Positions 1-13,657 of a stretch of 64,000 nucleotides of DNA are shown piece by piece. Position 1 is the stretch's first letter; the number at the start of each line of letters is the position of its first letter. The position numbers and the translations under genes are program-made. The notes under the pieces were generated by a model. The model did not search any database, was not told where the DNA came from, and saw only the letters and a program-made list of their open reading frames with translations. The DNA is from Tubiluchus corallicola (lineage: Eukaryota > Animalia > Priapulida), in NCBI GenBank assembly GCA_030141605.1, contig JAQGDQ010000012.1:1196359-1260358 (forward strand), in the 5' to 3' direction.

Positions 1-2189
1 TTTTCTATTTGATTGAGTTTCCTAATCTAAATTCAAATGTTTTGCTTGCTAATTTAAATTTTGTTTCACCGCATTCGCCATATTATTTACTGTTCGCCAG
101 TTTTAATTTTAAACTCGCGTGAACTCATTGTTGTTAATTTTTACCAACTTATTTTTATTTTCTTGCTGTTTTCATATTGTTGATTATTATTAATTTGTGT
201 ATACCGACTTGACAAGGTCATTTTACTTTCTTTAATTTTGGATAGGGGTGGCTGACGTGGTGACAGTTGATTTTTTTCGCCACCCCGTCTCGTTCTTTTT
301 TGATTATATTTTTGCTTTTACTTATCTTTATCTTGTAAAATATTAGAGACGAATTACTTACTTACTTGCTGCTAAAATAGATGTTTAGGATGTATTTTGA
401 ATTTTTCTCGTACAATGTCGTAATTTTTTAGCATAGGGTATATTTAATGTCGTAATAACATGTAAAAGTTTTTAATTGAGCGTAGACGCAGACACTGTCG
501 GTGAACCTAGAGACTAAGAAATATACCAAAGGCATAATGCAAACATGGCTATAAACAATGAATGCAGATCAAACATGGGACTGAAACGCTTTCGCAAGTA
601 ACAACAATGTAACTACTTAGTATTAACACGCATAATAATTATTGTTTGTTTTATTCTTCGTGCAGTCAGAATGGGTAAGAAAGAGTCTGCTTCTAAGTTG
701 CAAGGGATTTTGTTGAAAATTTTTTTGTACTATAAAACAGCAACTGTGTAACTCCGCATTGCACATTTGTAATCTATCAATTAAAAAAATACAGCACATC
801 ATATGACCGCGTATGTTACAGGTTCTTATATAACCGCAAGGAAGGCCTACCAAGTACCGACAGTTCGAAGTTTCTGTTCCGTCTTCTCTCCTTGACATCT
901 ATATACGGTTACAGTAACTATATAGGTCTAACTCATTGTCTCCTTATGTAGTCGGCGACTATAAGTATAACAACCAGTTTGAGTGAATTAAATTTTGGAC
1001 CCCCATATTAAAGGTACGGACTTGTTCCTGTGTAAACAGCGGGTAAGATGGCATGTAATTTTTAAACTTTTCTGCTATTCTTAATTTGGCTTTCTTCATG
1101 TGCAAGATGTACATCAATAACAAAAACTTAAAATTTTGGGTAAATAAGTAAAAGTTCCCCAATCGATAGTGTCAAAATAAACAAGTCACTGCTAAACCCA
1201 TCCTTGGTTGTCAGAGTCCGGGCGTACACTCACAATTGACGAATTCGTATAATGGACAATAAAATCAGCGAGTGCCTTTGTCGTATTATGCCATAGTTCA
1301 ATACTTTTAACACCTTCTGCCAATAGAATTCCAAAAGGCGAAAATTTCAGCGACCATGCGCATCACGCCATGCACTTGCTAATAGAATCTTACCCCAGAA
1401 ACAAGTATTAAAGCCGGATGTATCGCTGGGCAAAAAACAGGAATTTGTCTGTCTATCATGAACTTAGCAGCTGTTTATGTTTTGCGACAGAACAGTAATT
1501 TTACACCTCCAACTTTTTGCTTGTTTCAAATCTCTAATCAGTGACGCCATTATGATGGTAGGATATAAGCAAGATGTTGCTAAATCTTAAACACTAAAAA
1601 TTATTATGTATTCATTTAGTTTTAAAACGTTGATTAACGATCCAGATAATTAGGCATTAGTCGTAACTTATCTTAACAAACGAATTCGAAAGTCTACATT
1701 GTTATTAAAGCGGTAAACATTAATAATTTTATTGTAGGCCCAATATAGCGGCCATTTTGTTAGCTGGACTTAATGGTACATAGCTGAATGAGACGCTAAT
1801 TATTCGAGCCTACAAAAAACCGATATCTGCAAAAGAGAGTAACAATGTCGTTTACACGGAAATTACACATTCAGAAACATACAAAGCATTATTCAAGAAA
1901 AGTAAACTTAGCATTTTGGAAGCTCAACAAACTTTCTAGGGTTACCATTGTCTAAATTCTCGACTTGTGAAGAACACATCTAAGCAGTCGGCATAGTTTT
2001 TAATCACGGTGCAAGCATTGACTGAATAACAAAAGACCTGTCTGAATTTTAAGCTACTTTATACTGGTTTTCCGCGTTGGATATTTATACAAGACAATTT
2101 TTTCAAAGTTATCTGACATATCAACGACATTATTCCGACATGTCTTATTTCAGGCGAATTTGGCTAATAAATTACGTATTGTATTAGAC

Positions 2190-2270
2190 GGGACGAATAG
2201 TGTCTGGCTTGAGGTGCAGCAGCAGGTGATGCAAAACATGATCGAATGGAGGAGATTAGTTACTGTAGGT
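2190..2270 (+). mobile_element. Possible relic of a non-LTR retrotransposon (RTE-like) ORF C-terminus
   Basis: Translates as NSVWLEVQQQVMQNMIEWRRLV, resembling the W...A.DR..WR.LV tail of RTE-type LINEs; short, no other domain seen. Confidence 0.3.
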
Positions 2271-4746
2271 ACTGAGAATAGCAGCCTCCAATATATCATC
2301 TGTATTCAAGTATTTTGTCACTTTTTGCCGTCTCTCTTGCTCTCAAAGGCGGCCGATTGTTAATTAGCAAAGCGGCTGCCACATCCGATGTTTCTGGATT
2401 GCGTCAGTAGTTAACTCGTTGTGCATGTATTTTGTCACTGTTTTTGGTTGAGATTATTCTTTATTAAGAATAAAAAATTCTAAAAACTGTCACTGAATCA
2501 CTCTAGTTCTTACTACACATTAATCTTTAGCTGCGCCAGCAGTGAATATGATGGATTACGATCACATGTAACTTGAAGGACCACTAATAAATGATTCAGA
2601 GCTTGTTGATTCTAGTCTGTTTGTGATTTCCACATGCAAGATATTAAAAGAATGCACAGTAGCAGTCAAGCTCAAATTTACAGAAAAAAAGAAATCCACA
2701 CGTGTTAACAAGAGAGCCGTAAAGGTTGCAGTACGTTTTGTTATAAATCAAATAAGCAACCATTATGACGAGAATAAGTCATTTAAACTTGAAAGCTCAA
2801 TCTACTACAAAACTTCATATAATAACTAAGTCTAGTCAGCAAGTTATTATAAAAAAAAACATGTATCCATATATTACATTGTGGGGAAAAAGGGAATACT
2901 CCCCAAATTACAAGAGATTGCTAAAGACGCACATCACCTTGCATTGGTAATAATTAAAACCAAGTGGACTGAATTTACAAACACAGACCTTTTACAATCA
3001 TTTTGCAAATGTAACTGTTTCTATTTTCTGCTCTCAAAGCAGCTTCTTTACAACAATGAAAGGAGATTCGCTGGTTATAAGTAAACCAGCTACCTACTTT
3101 TATTTACCGCCTTAAAAACATTTAATCATTAGTTTGACTTCTGTACAGTCGACAATCGCCAGTAATGGACAAGAAAAAAAGCACAACAAAAGGGAGGCGC
3201 AGTTAAGAAGGATCAGCATCTATTATCAGCTTAGTAAAGTTAGTTGGCATATGACATTCACTTAACCAACCGGAGAGCAGTTTCCCTGCGGGTACGAAGT
3301 TAACTGACAGAAAATCATTACTCTTTTTAACAATTTCCCGTGCAACAGTCTTCCATGTTAGACTGTGTACCTGTCCTTCGGGCCACAAAACCAGTTGGAT
3401 TTTGCGCACCACAAATCATTTGCTGTCAGTCGACTGGTTTGTCCTACCATTCAACACAAGACGTTAACTCTACCTAATGTGCTTTTTTGTGTAAATCGCT
3501 GTATGGATTTCCACGCCACGCACACAGCTACCATTTCGGATCAACTGCGTTTGGTTGACATTAATGTGACGCAAATTTGCGACTATGCGCCTCCAGGTCT
3601 GTATCGAGTTGCGCCATTTCCATCTGGTAATAATAAACGAAAAAGAGAAAATTGCCATGTTATAGACGCAAAAAAAATCTGAAAACGTCGGTTTGCAGTT
3701 TTTCAATGTTTCATACATTGAAAACAATGTGTACTTGCAATAATTCTTTTCTGCTACATGTTACACCACTAACACGATCCTATTTTCACACTATCAGTCT
3801 ACTGAAACGAGAATTTGCTACCCGGCATCAGCGACAACGAGTACAAAGCGTTAGCCAGTAAGATGTGAGCGGGGCTTTAAATGCAATGGCGCATCGTTGA
3901 CACGATTTATAATATTTAGCAGTGTTGAGTTACAATACGATAACTGTGGAAATAAGTTGATGAAATATTAAGGCACTACTGAAAAAAATTGTACGTAAAA
4001 AATAAATCTTCCTTCTTGCATGCTTAAAAGGACGACAGGCTCACTCAGAAGCTTCTTCAAATGGTAACTTTGGCAATAACGTGATTACAAATATATTTCA
4101 CAGTTAACACAAGACGACATGTACTGTGCAGAAATTCATAACGCAAATTATACGTCACAACGCCTACAAGAATAATGGACGAGCAAATTAGACACCTATA
4201 TTTGCCTACTACTGCATATAATACTGTTTACGTTGTTTTGTAATGTTCACTTGACAGAATCAACTTTTTGGGTGCACTTGATCAAATCGCCTGCCACTCT
4301 CTGAAAAGTGTTGTCCCCTCCGCCTCTTAGCTACACGCCAATGCTTAAATGCTTGTTACCTACTTCTTTCCAGTGATTATTCTTTCGTTTTTGGAGAACA
4401 TAATAAAAGCTCCGCACACACACACGCGCACCCTCTCACCTTCACACACACAATAATAACATCACTCGTCATTGTGTATAATGGAATGCATATATATACA
4501 ATTTAGTGCTTCACAAAATGAAATGTACAATTTTAGTGCGAAGATCTTCACATGCACACGCACACACGTAATTTATAAAAAAATGGGTGCTTTTGTTCTA
4601 CAAAGAAGTGATTTTGTCACTTGTCACACTAAAATAAATTATAATTACAATGCCCCATGCCAGGTCTATCGTCCACATTAGTCGTATAAGTGAAATGGCA
4701 AATTTATCCAACGTTTGTTTAAACTTTTAGGAAACTTGATTTCATT

Positions 4747-5094
4747 TAGGGCCGCCAAGAGAAATTTTGTAAGGCGGTACAAGAACACTTTGGGCCCCGA
4801 GACAGGCTAAGGATTTGATGTCCAGTAAATCTACATGTAAGCTCTCATAAATGCTTTATTTCCATAATCAGATATAATATAATGTAATAAACATATTCAC
4901 TTAATGCAGCAAGTGCCAATAACACAAATCAGTATTTGCGGTTACATTCACCAATCACCTTGTGTACATCGGGCTGGGGGTAGTAGAAAGTGCTTGTTCT
5001 AGAGAGGAGATGGGTGTTGCTGGTTGCTGTTTGGCCCTTCTTAGCTCTTGGGCTCCAGAACAAAGTACCGGTTGGACCATCTCTCAAAGGTCTG
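4747..5094. mobile_element. Non-autonomous hAT-type DNA transposon (MITE), 348 bp
   Basis: Exact 8-bp target-site duplication ATTTCATT at 4739-4746 and 5095-5102; imperfect terminal inverted repeats TAGGGCCGCCAAGAG / CTCTCAAAGGTCTG; subterminal GGGCCCC-like motifs. Confidence 0.8.
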
Positions 5095-7594
5095 ATTTCA
5101 TTAATTTTAATTTTAAAAATTTTGATGGAGAAGTTTATCAGAGCAGAACATTAACAAAAACAAAATCAAAAGGCAATACTGCTATTCTTTTACACAAATT
5201 GCACAAAACAGCACGAAGAGTTTGGAATTTGCAGGCAGTTTTTTTTATAAATCTAAGCACGTTACAAATATTTGCTAGTCCACCTTTATTTTTGTAAGAC
5301 CTAAGATAATGAGGTACACTATACAAATTTGCGCACAATAATTTAGCCATCTTCGCTCTTTATGACTGGTGAAAATTTAAAATTTCAACTCATAGACACA
5401 AATTTTGTATTCAAACAGGAGCAAGTCCACGAGTTCAAGCGATTGCGTTAATCTTAACGCGGGAAATATTTTCACAGCACCGCCCTTCTGTTGTTTGTTT
5501 GTTATAACAACAAGGCTGTACTTTTCCACGATTTTTAAAGACTCTTTTCCATTCATTCAATCCTGTAGAGTCAACTGTAGTCGTCTGAACTTGCTAAGTG
5601 GTGAACAGAAAAACACAGCCTTGGGCGTTAAAGCGGTGGGATCAGATTATAATCTACAGAATTTTGGTAGAAAACTTGCTCGGGGTTTAAAAGAGAAAGA
5701 TTATTTAGTTTCTTGACCTAGCAATTAATACTCTTTTATGCTCGAACAAAAATGGAATTTTGTCAAGCCTTTTGCTTCGTTATAACAGTTATATGAGTTA
5801 TAACATTTTTGTTAGCGATACTTGCTTCAACTTGTCTATAGTTTATAACATTCTACTTTCCTCAGTGGTCAGTATTACCAACCATTTTGCACTTATTCTA
5901 ACTGAATTTAGTCAATAAACGTTAAATTTAAACGGCACGATTATACAGACTTTATCATAATCTCTCTGATTAAAGCTTTGCTTTTCAGTAAGTCATAGGT
6001 ATTGGCACTATCGTATGTCATTGTCATTAGTGAAATTTTGTCAAACAGTTTCAACTAATGTTTATTGTATACTAGCATATATACTAGTGCAAATAGGTAT
6101 AATAGGCCTCTTAAAGTTGTTGGAAATAAACAGATTTGCCCCAACTTCATACTTAGTTTTTGCAAGGGAAAATTGGTTTTTGTTGCCATGATGACTACAA
6201 AAAGTTAATTACATTTGAATTCGGTTCTTATATTTGAACTTCCTTAATCCACATGCAATAATTGTGTACTAGTTCTTCCTAAGGTGGCACAAAGTGACCT
6301 TCATGTGGTTTCCTAAAACGAAGCCTCGGTCTGTGAAGCATTCGTTCCACTGGCTTCATGTACAGGCCTGATTCCTATGAACGAAGTTAGATCAAAACCG
6401 TAAACATTACCATGAATTTTAATTATATTTTAGGACAATTACAGAATATTGGTAGTGCGATGTCACTCGAAAGTGCTTTCTTAACAATTTTCATATTCTG
6501 ATTTGAAACATTCTCATTCGGTAATTTTCAAGTATTGACAGTACTGTACAAGAGAATGTAATACATTATTTCGCGTGTCATTCAGGGAAATTAATATCAC
6601 AATTCATGAAGTAGTTAGTAAAGTTAAAGCCATTGATTACTCATTGCTTAGATCAGATTACGAGTTGTCAAATAGACAAATTGGGGCAGTTTTAGAGGGT
6701 TCTATAATGGACCAGAAGTACGATTAAAAGCACTTTGCTCCGCTGTTAATATACACATCTATTTATTGTAATGTGCTGTTTAATTGAACACCCAGTTTTT
6801 TAACATTTGTTTTGAATGGATAAAATCTCTAAGCAAGTCAGATTTAGTGAATAAAAAAGAAAAATATTTCTATTTTTAATACAGTACAAAGTTTCGAAAA
6901 CAAAGATTCTGTGAACACTATTTTATTTATTAAAGTATTGTAATTAATCATTGGCATATTAACCACAAGTTTCTCGCAACTGAATGTGGGAACATAATTT
7001 TCGCTATTCCAAATGTAAGAAACGAGCATACATTTGCTGCAAAAATCTAAATAAATTTGTGTTGTTTTGAATTACTTAAACGTATATGCTTTAAAGCCTA
7101 AATTACTTGTACTAGTTCTCCAGTAGTAATATGCCCACAACTGTTATCTGTAGTTCTTCATGTAAATCACGTTTCTATGCAATATGTTTTCTTGTAATAT
7201 TTATTTGCCAACTGGCGACTTTCATCAACCTGTATGTTTTGCTGTTTTAACTACATTGTGCAACTTATTTGTCTATAACCAGTAATATACAATTTACCGC
7301 GCTTTTCTACGGTTGCGCTGCGCTTGAAAACCTATATCTTGTAAACAAGTAGTTCTGGCGAAAAAATTCCAATGTATTCAATACATGTAGTTCTGTTTCA
7401 TATTTAGTGAGTAATACGTGCTAAAATTCACAGTCCTAGAAAAACAAAGAACACGTGCCTTATACAGAGATACGTATATATTATCTTATAGAATAGGTTT
7501 AACACAATTATCTGGAATTAGAATTATTTACAGTGGCTTTATCCGAACCCTACAAAGCCAGGTTCAATTATTCCACACGTCATTATTTATTACC

Positions 7595-7915
7595 TATTGT
7601 AAATAGTCTGATGATCGCGTCAAAGTTGGGCAAAAAATAGCTAGTTTATTATAAACCAGTTAGTGAACATTCCAAGTGATTATAGCGCCCTATTATCTGC
7701 GCACAGTAAGGCATAATTGAACTCATACCGCCTAATAAAGCCATTCTTCGCCAACATCCAATCAGAACGGCTCAACGCTAGGTGACGTCATTGTTGATGG
7801 ACAAAGCCGGGGAAATGTCTTTCTTGTAATAATACACGACTCCTTTAGAATCAACAGAGCCAGATAAAAGCCGCATTCCTCGGTGGGCTAAGAACCAAAA
7901 CCGCTATTTACAATA
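7595..7915. repeat. Segment bounded by 12-bp perfect inverted repeats, possible MITE; contains CCAAT and a full CRE
   Basis: TATTGTAAATAG (7595-7606) and CTATTTACAATA (7904-7915); CCAAT at 7758, TGACGTCA at 7783-7790. No clear TSD. Confidence 0.3.
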
Positions 7916-10900
7916 ATAGGCTACTCGTCCTCTCTCAAGTTCCAACCTGAATGGCACCTATGCTTCTATCGTATACACGAGCTGTTTTGTTTACCAGATT
8001 GTAATGGGAACTGTTTTCTGTGCGTACCATTCATTCCAGGCGGCACTTTCTAACATTTTCAAAATGGCATATTCAATCGCATTTTAGAATTCAAGAACCA
8101 AAACATTTTCAGTATTTGCGACTCCAAACGCTACTTACTGATTGAAAAAACCAAAGTAGCGTAAATACCTTTAGTACTAAAATACAGCTATCCCAAATGT
8201 ATTAATATTAGAAGTTAACTTTCAGCAACATCATCAAATGATAACAGAATGTGAACAGACAGAGGCGAAAAGTAAACAGGATAAAACAACCTCAGTCTCA
8301 ATTAAAGTTTTAGGAAACTTACAGACGAAACAACTAGCTACCGCAAATGTCAAAAACGTTATGGTCAGCAACATTGGCATAAACATAGTCATAAATTAAA
8401 GTCTTCTTTTAATTAAACATTAGCAGACTGTTTAGCCTGTTTTTGCATATAATCTAACCAGCCAGTCGAACACCGAAGCACATTAATCAAAATGCCTACG
8501 TGCATGAGAACGCTATGTGAAGAATTCACACGTGTTCATCAAGTCAGTAAAATGTAACCCAGTTATAAACCATCGTACTCAGCTATTAATTACACAAGTT
8601 CCACGCTAATTATGAGATGAAAGCATAAAATAAACACAGCTTGATACGCAGTCAGCACAAAGCCGTTTTTCTGACATTTCGCGAAATTTAACTGTGAGAA
8701 TGAACGAAAATGCTCAGTTACATAGCAGAAAGAATGAAAACATCGACAAAACGAATTCTCCCAAACTAGCAAGCGATCATCAGGCCATTGTAAACATAAC
8801 CTTAACTATAAAAAAAAACAAAAAAATCTACACTTTTTTGATTTTGCGCTTTTACACTGAAAGCTAGGCTACACATGATCAATTATAATTATTAGTTATT
8901 TCAACAAAACAATATCTAATACTTTACACATAAACATGATCAGAGTAAAATTTCTGTCAGTCAGCGTCATCACTCACAAACAAATGGCAGTTCTCAGAAA
9001 ACAATCTCGCTTTCTTTATCAAAAAAAGTATTCCTATTATACAAGCATTATAATAATATGTTACATAGTTACTAAATAACTGCCAAAAAACCTATCACTT
9101 CAGAGGAATGTGTGCCACACCTCGCATCCGACTAGCTTAGACTTTCTATTTTAAAATCAACTTAGTTAAATGGCACAGGCTGAATCAATAATTACGCCCA
9201 GCATCTTTCATTCACAGAGAAAGCGCTGGAGGGTGGGTGTAACTAGGGAGATGTATAATAATTGAAGCCACACAGGCAATAGCTACTGTAGACGTTAAGC
9301 AAGGCCAATCAATGATTCTGGTTTCCTAGTTACCACAGCGCTAAAAAGGTTAATCAGTCGTGGCAAAACCACAAGCAATGACATCGTACTATCAATAACA
9401 GATACATTAAAAGGATTACACTTCCATTACAGCCTATGCAGTGACGTAAACAGCTAACAAAAACTGATTGACTAACCCTCTTTTGATATTACAAAAATAA
9501 ATCCAGCTCAGTAACGTTAGCGAAAATTATTTTTTCTAGGTTAGAACCTGGATTTTACAGCAACAATAACAATAATTCTCCTCGTGATGTATAATGTATT
9601 CATAGTACCACGCATAACATTTAAATGTGTATATCCATCCAATTTCAAAACCAATTTTACAGAGAACGACAATTCTTTAAAAACAACAGTCAAAATATGA
9701 GTGCCATCACAACCAGCAAGTGTCAACCATTTAGTACAAGTCACAGTTTTAGAACCATTGAGTACAAGTCATAATTTTGTAACAACAACCTATTAGCGAA
9801 CACGATCTTTGAAAAGCAATCAATACATATCCATATAACAATAATCAAAAAGTGATTTACACTACAGCGACTACAACATATACCCCTAGTACATCCTAGG
9901 AGGCATATGCTCAACATAATCAAGATGTATCAATTAGGGGATTCTGGGTTCAACAAAATCTTGCATATATGGCATAATACATACCAACTCAAAACACAAG
10001 GTATGATTTACTGACCTTAATCCCTGTATAAACAGTTTGCAATTTTCATATTTATGGCTCCTCAATTAATAAACATTATAAACACTATTACAATACTAGC
10101 AAATTCGTAAATTTTTACGAAACGTGTACATATTTACGAAAAACAATGTTACATTTCGGAACTTTTTTAATAAATAGCTGCCTTATTTTGTTTCTGTCTG
10201 GTAACAGTGTCAAGAAATATGCAACTTTCTCGTCTTTTAGACGAAATTTGGTTGTTGCTATCTAGTGCTTAAGAAATTAGTGGACTTATCATAATGGCAT
10301 TAACTGCAATAATCTGTGTTTTTGAACAAAATGACTCATATAAACATATCATTAACAATATATAGAACTAATATCCTTAATTTACAATAAGTATTACAAA
10401 TTAATTAAACAGCAAGTAATATAAAATTACCAACTGGTAGCTATAGAACATTTACACAGTGTAAACTTATGTAAACACAGTGTGACACAATATGGACAAC
10501 AGAACAAGTCTAATTACAAGCTAAATTGCAAGGTGCCAAAAACCACTACAATGGTGGGTTAAGAACTTATGATAAAAAACTAAAAATATCTGCACCGAGC
10601 AGTTTCGTTATTCAGCTACTCCACTCGCTTGTCAAAACAAAAGTGAAAGGTTGGTATCTGCACTTCAAGTTAAATTAAGGAAAATTTATAACCATCTTGG
10701 CACCAGAAAGTGACAAAATTCTCAGTTTTTAAAAAGCTAAAGCCAAAAAAATCCAAGGCATTATAAAAATTAGCAGAGCACTTGTAGCTGGCTATACCAA
10801 CTATGCTAATGAAATAAATAAATAATCCCAAGTCTTTGGATTTAAAGTATAAAAATAGTGTTCCTTACTCTAGGTAAACTATGTTCTAAGTATTCCTTAT

Positions 10901-11542
10901 AAAAAATTCCCGAACTCGAAGGCAGTGGAGAATTATAAAAGACAGTTTACATTAACATGGTTGACTGATATTGCTAAACATCATAAAGCCTGTTCACACA
11001 GACCAAAGGTAAGCAATGCCATTCAGCAAGAGTTGTATAATGTACATACACATACAGTACCAGCACCATAAAGTAACTGCTTAGCTTACTGCAACAGTGA
11101 AACATATAGCCAACTAGAACTATATGCATCTCTCTAACCTGAATGAAACTAAAAAAAAAATCAGTCTACCTATTTGAAGTAATTTGACTTTTTAACACTT
11201 TTACCAAAAAATTATTATTAATGAGGATCATAGCCTCATATAAAATTACTTAAACTAAAAATAACCTGCATAACAAAATGGGCACTTATACATTAACTTC
11301 AAAATGAATAAAAAAATTAAACCAGACTGTCAGTCATTACTCTCAGAAGGACCACAGTTAAAAGTATGACCCATTTCACATTTTCATAAATGTCACTGTC
11401 TGATTTACTACTGTCCCAGCAATTTCCCTTATTGCTTTAATATCTACCCTATACACGATAAGAAAATTTATATAAATCTTGTTCCTCAAATTCTGCAGTT
11501 CTCAGGTCCATGACAAGCACTGATACTGGCCAAGTAGTTAGA

Positions 11543-13369
11543 TCACAAGAGGTACCTGATTATCAACCACAGTATCAATGATACACCAACAGTGATGCTG
11601 TTAATGTCTTTTGAACAAGCTTTTGAAGGTTTATTGTTTCTGTTCCTGTTATTATTTTTTGGTGTTGATGGCGGTTGGTTGTAAAAATGCAAGTCATCTT
11701 TGCCGCCACTCACATTGTTCTCCTCATCAAGTCTGTCAATGGTGTACGGATCAATGCCATCACCAGATTCTACGCTATACTCGTCGCCGCTTCCATGACC
11801 ACTGCCACTACCACTCCCATGATCGGCTTGTACACCATGAATCATGATATCTGCCGTGTCAATCCAATCAACGTCGACACCATTATAGGCATTTGACAGC
11901 TTTGAAGAAGCAAGCTTCAGCTGCAAAATTTGCTGGTTGACAACGGAGTTGACCCGTTTGATGTCGACCTCTACTTCAGGATTGCTGTTCTGGCTTCCAA
12001 GACCATTCCCGACAACCTCGGGCAAATAGCGAGAGACTTGGTTGCCATTCCAGCAATTTACTTCATTAGTCGCTGTGGCAGCCAAATCTTCTTTGTTACA
12101 CATTGTGTATGGAAGGTTATGCCAAAAGTTCTCTGTTGCCTTTACTTTGTTCGAGATGTCCATAACAAGTTGCTCCAAAGTTGATGATGCATCACTGTTA
12201 TATCCATTACCTTTGTTCTGAAACCTAAGAGTTTTGTACTCGAGTTCTTTGTCAGCTACTGGATCAGCAACAGGTTGAGAAGCTGCTTCTCTCTTTTGCT
12301 TGTGGGTGCTAAGCCGTGGTTGACCACAACCGGAAAACACTTTCTGGGACACCTGTGCACCATTATCCTGAAAATTCATGATGGCATTAGATATCTTTAA
12401 ATTGATGGGTTCGACAACAGACTGTATGTTAAACGATCGCCTCAGACGTTCCCCCAGCAGCTGCAGCTTCTCTATATAGTTGTTCCACTCAGTGTTTAAT
12501 TCTGCATGATAAGCAAGGCAACCCTTCATGATATTCAAACAGTAATTGTTACACGGTTTAACTTGCATGATGCCATGGCAGGAAGGACAGTAAGACATTT
12601 TCATCAAAGCTTGTTGGCACTCAGGTGATGGTTCAATGTCACCCACAGCATTTATCACATCACGTCCAATAACGATGGCTTGCACAAATGTCCGGGCGGC
12701 AACAAACGAACGCTTAACTTGCAACGACAGTGTTTGCGGAACATCACCAAAGGGCTGCAGCTCATCTAAGTACTCACTGACACATACAAGGTATTTTTCA
12801 TCAAAATGATACGGTGCATTGAGTAGAATAAATATGCGTTGATACAGATTACTGAAAAAAGTATCCATAACGTCAATGAGATTCAAGTCTGAACCATTAT
12901 AATATGAATCCAAGTCATCAAATAACATAGAAAATACCTCAGAATTTTGTTCATATAAGATGCCATAAGTTTTTTGAAACATTTCGTGAAGTTCTTGTCG
13001 GGAATTCTTCAGTAAGGTTCTAAAGAATAAATCAAATTTTCGAGTTTGCTTAATAAACTGATTTCTGACAAGGGAAAGAGAGTCTTCTAGCAGTGACGAA
13101 AATTCTTTTGAACAATAATGAGAAAGCTTCTTCTCCATAGATTCAGTACAGCAAGTTTTTCGTGTTTTACAAATTCGAAGGTTTTCACCTTCAATTAGCA
13201 ATGGAGGCACATCATTGTCCACTTCTGGCAGACCCATAGATTTATAAAGTCGTTTGACATCTGTACATGTTGTAGCATTACTTAGCGCTAATGTGAAACT
13301 GGGAGAAATCACAACTAATAATACGAAAACACTAATATAGCACGGCGTTAGCCAACCTTCGCCCGCCAT
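11543..13369 (-). CDS. GPC4/6: Glypican, GPC4/6 (dally-like) subfamily, 608 aa, no coding introns
   Basis: N-terminal signal peptide; conserved Cys pattern (LRIC...TCC, CPSC...KPCNNYC.N.MKGC, CWNG); PFGDVP..L..QVKRSFVAARTF; basic convertase-like site KQKR; Ser-Gly heparan-sulfate attachment cluster in acidic context (GSGSGSGHGSGDE..SGD); hydrophobic C-terminal GPI signal. Confidence 0.97.
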   Translation of the reverse strand: MAGEGWLTPCYISVFVLLVVISPSFTLALSNATTCTDVKRLYKSMGLPEVDNDVPPLLIEGENLRICKTRKTCCTESMEKKLSHYCSKEFSSLLEDSLSLVRNQFIKQTRKFDLFFRTLLKNSRQELHEMFQKTYGILYEQNSEVFSMLFDDLDSYYNGSDLNLIDVMDTFFSNLYQRIFILLNAPYHFDEKYLVCVSEYLDELQPFGDVPQTLSLQVKRSFVAARTFVQAIVIGRDVINAVGDIEPSPECQQALMKMSYCPSCHGIMQVKPCNNYCLNIMKGCLAYHAELNTEWNNYIEKLQLLGERLRRSFNIQSVVEPINLKISNAIMNFQDNGAQVSQKVFSGCGQPRLSTHKQKREAASQPVADPVADKELEYKTLRFQNKGNGYNSDASSTLEQLVMDISNKVKATENFWHNLPYTMCNKEDLAATATNEVNCWNGNQVSRYLPEVVGNGLGSQNSNPEVEVDIKRVNSVVNQQILQLKLASSKLSNAYNGVDVDWIDTADIMIHGVQADHGSGSGSGHGSGDEYSVESGDGIDPYTIDRLDEENNVSGGKDDLHFYNQPPSTPKNNNRNRNNKPSKACSKDINSITVGVSLILWLIIRYLL

Positions 13370-13645
13370 TTTGATTCACGCTGTTGTAATATCACATTCC
13401 TTGCTTGATCAATACAATAAACGCCGTAGACTGTAAAAGCTAACTGTACATGGTGGCAACCAAAAGCGTTTAATTTTAACTAAAATTGTAATAGAATTTC
13501 GCACAACCAACGTTAAAATGTTCCTGTTCCCGTATGGCACAGAAAATACACTGTACGCCTCACATTCCTGTCAACTTCAACAAATTATGGAAGATGAACT
13601 TAAACACCAAACACACACAACGAAGGTTTTCGCAACAGGTTTTTC

Positions 13646-13657
13646 TGAGCATGCGCA
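13646..13657. promoter_or_regulatory. NRF1/Ewg-like site upstream of glypican
   Basis: TGAGCATGCGCA, 11/12 match to TGCGCATGCGCA, about 280 bp upstream of the ATG; a YY1-like CAAAATGGCGG also overlaps the start codon. Confidence 0.45.

Noticed and set aside
959-1162. ORF containing VQNLIHSNWL, resembling PAD VQAPVELYSDWL
   Set aside because: Not followed by the catalytic GHVDE; a stop follows and the region looks repeat-derived.
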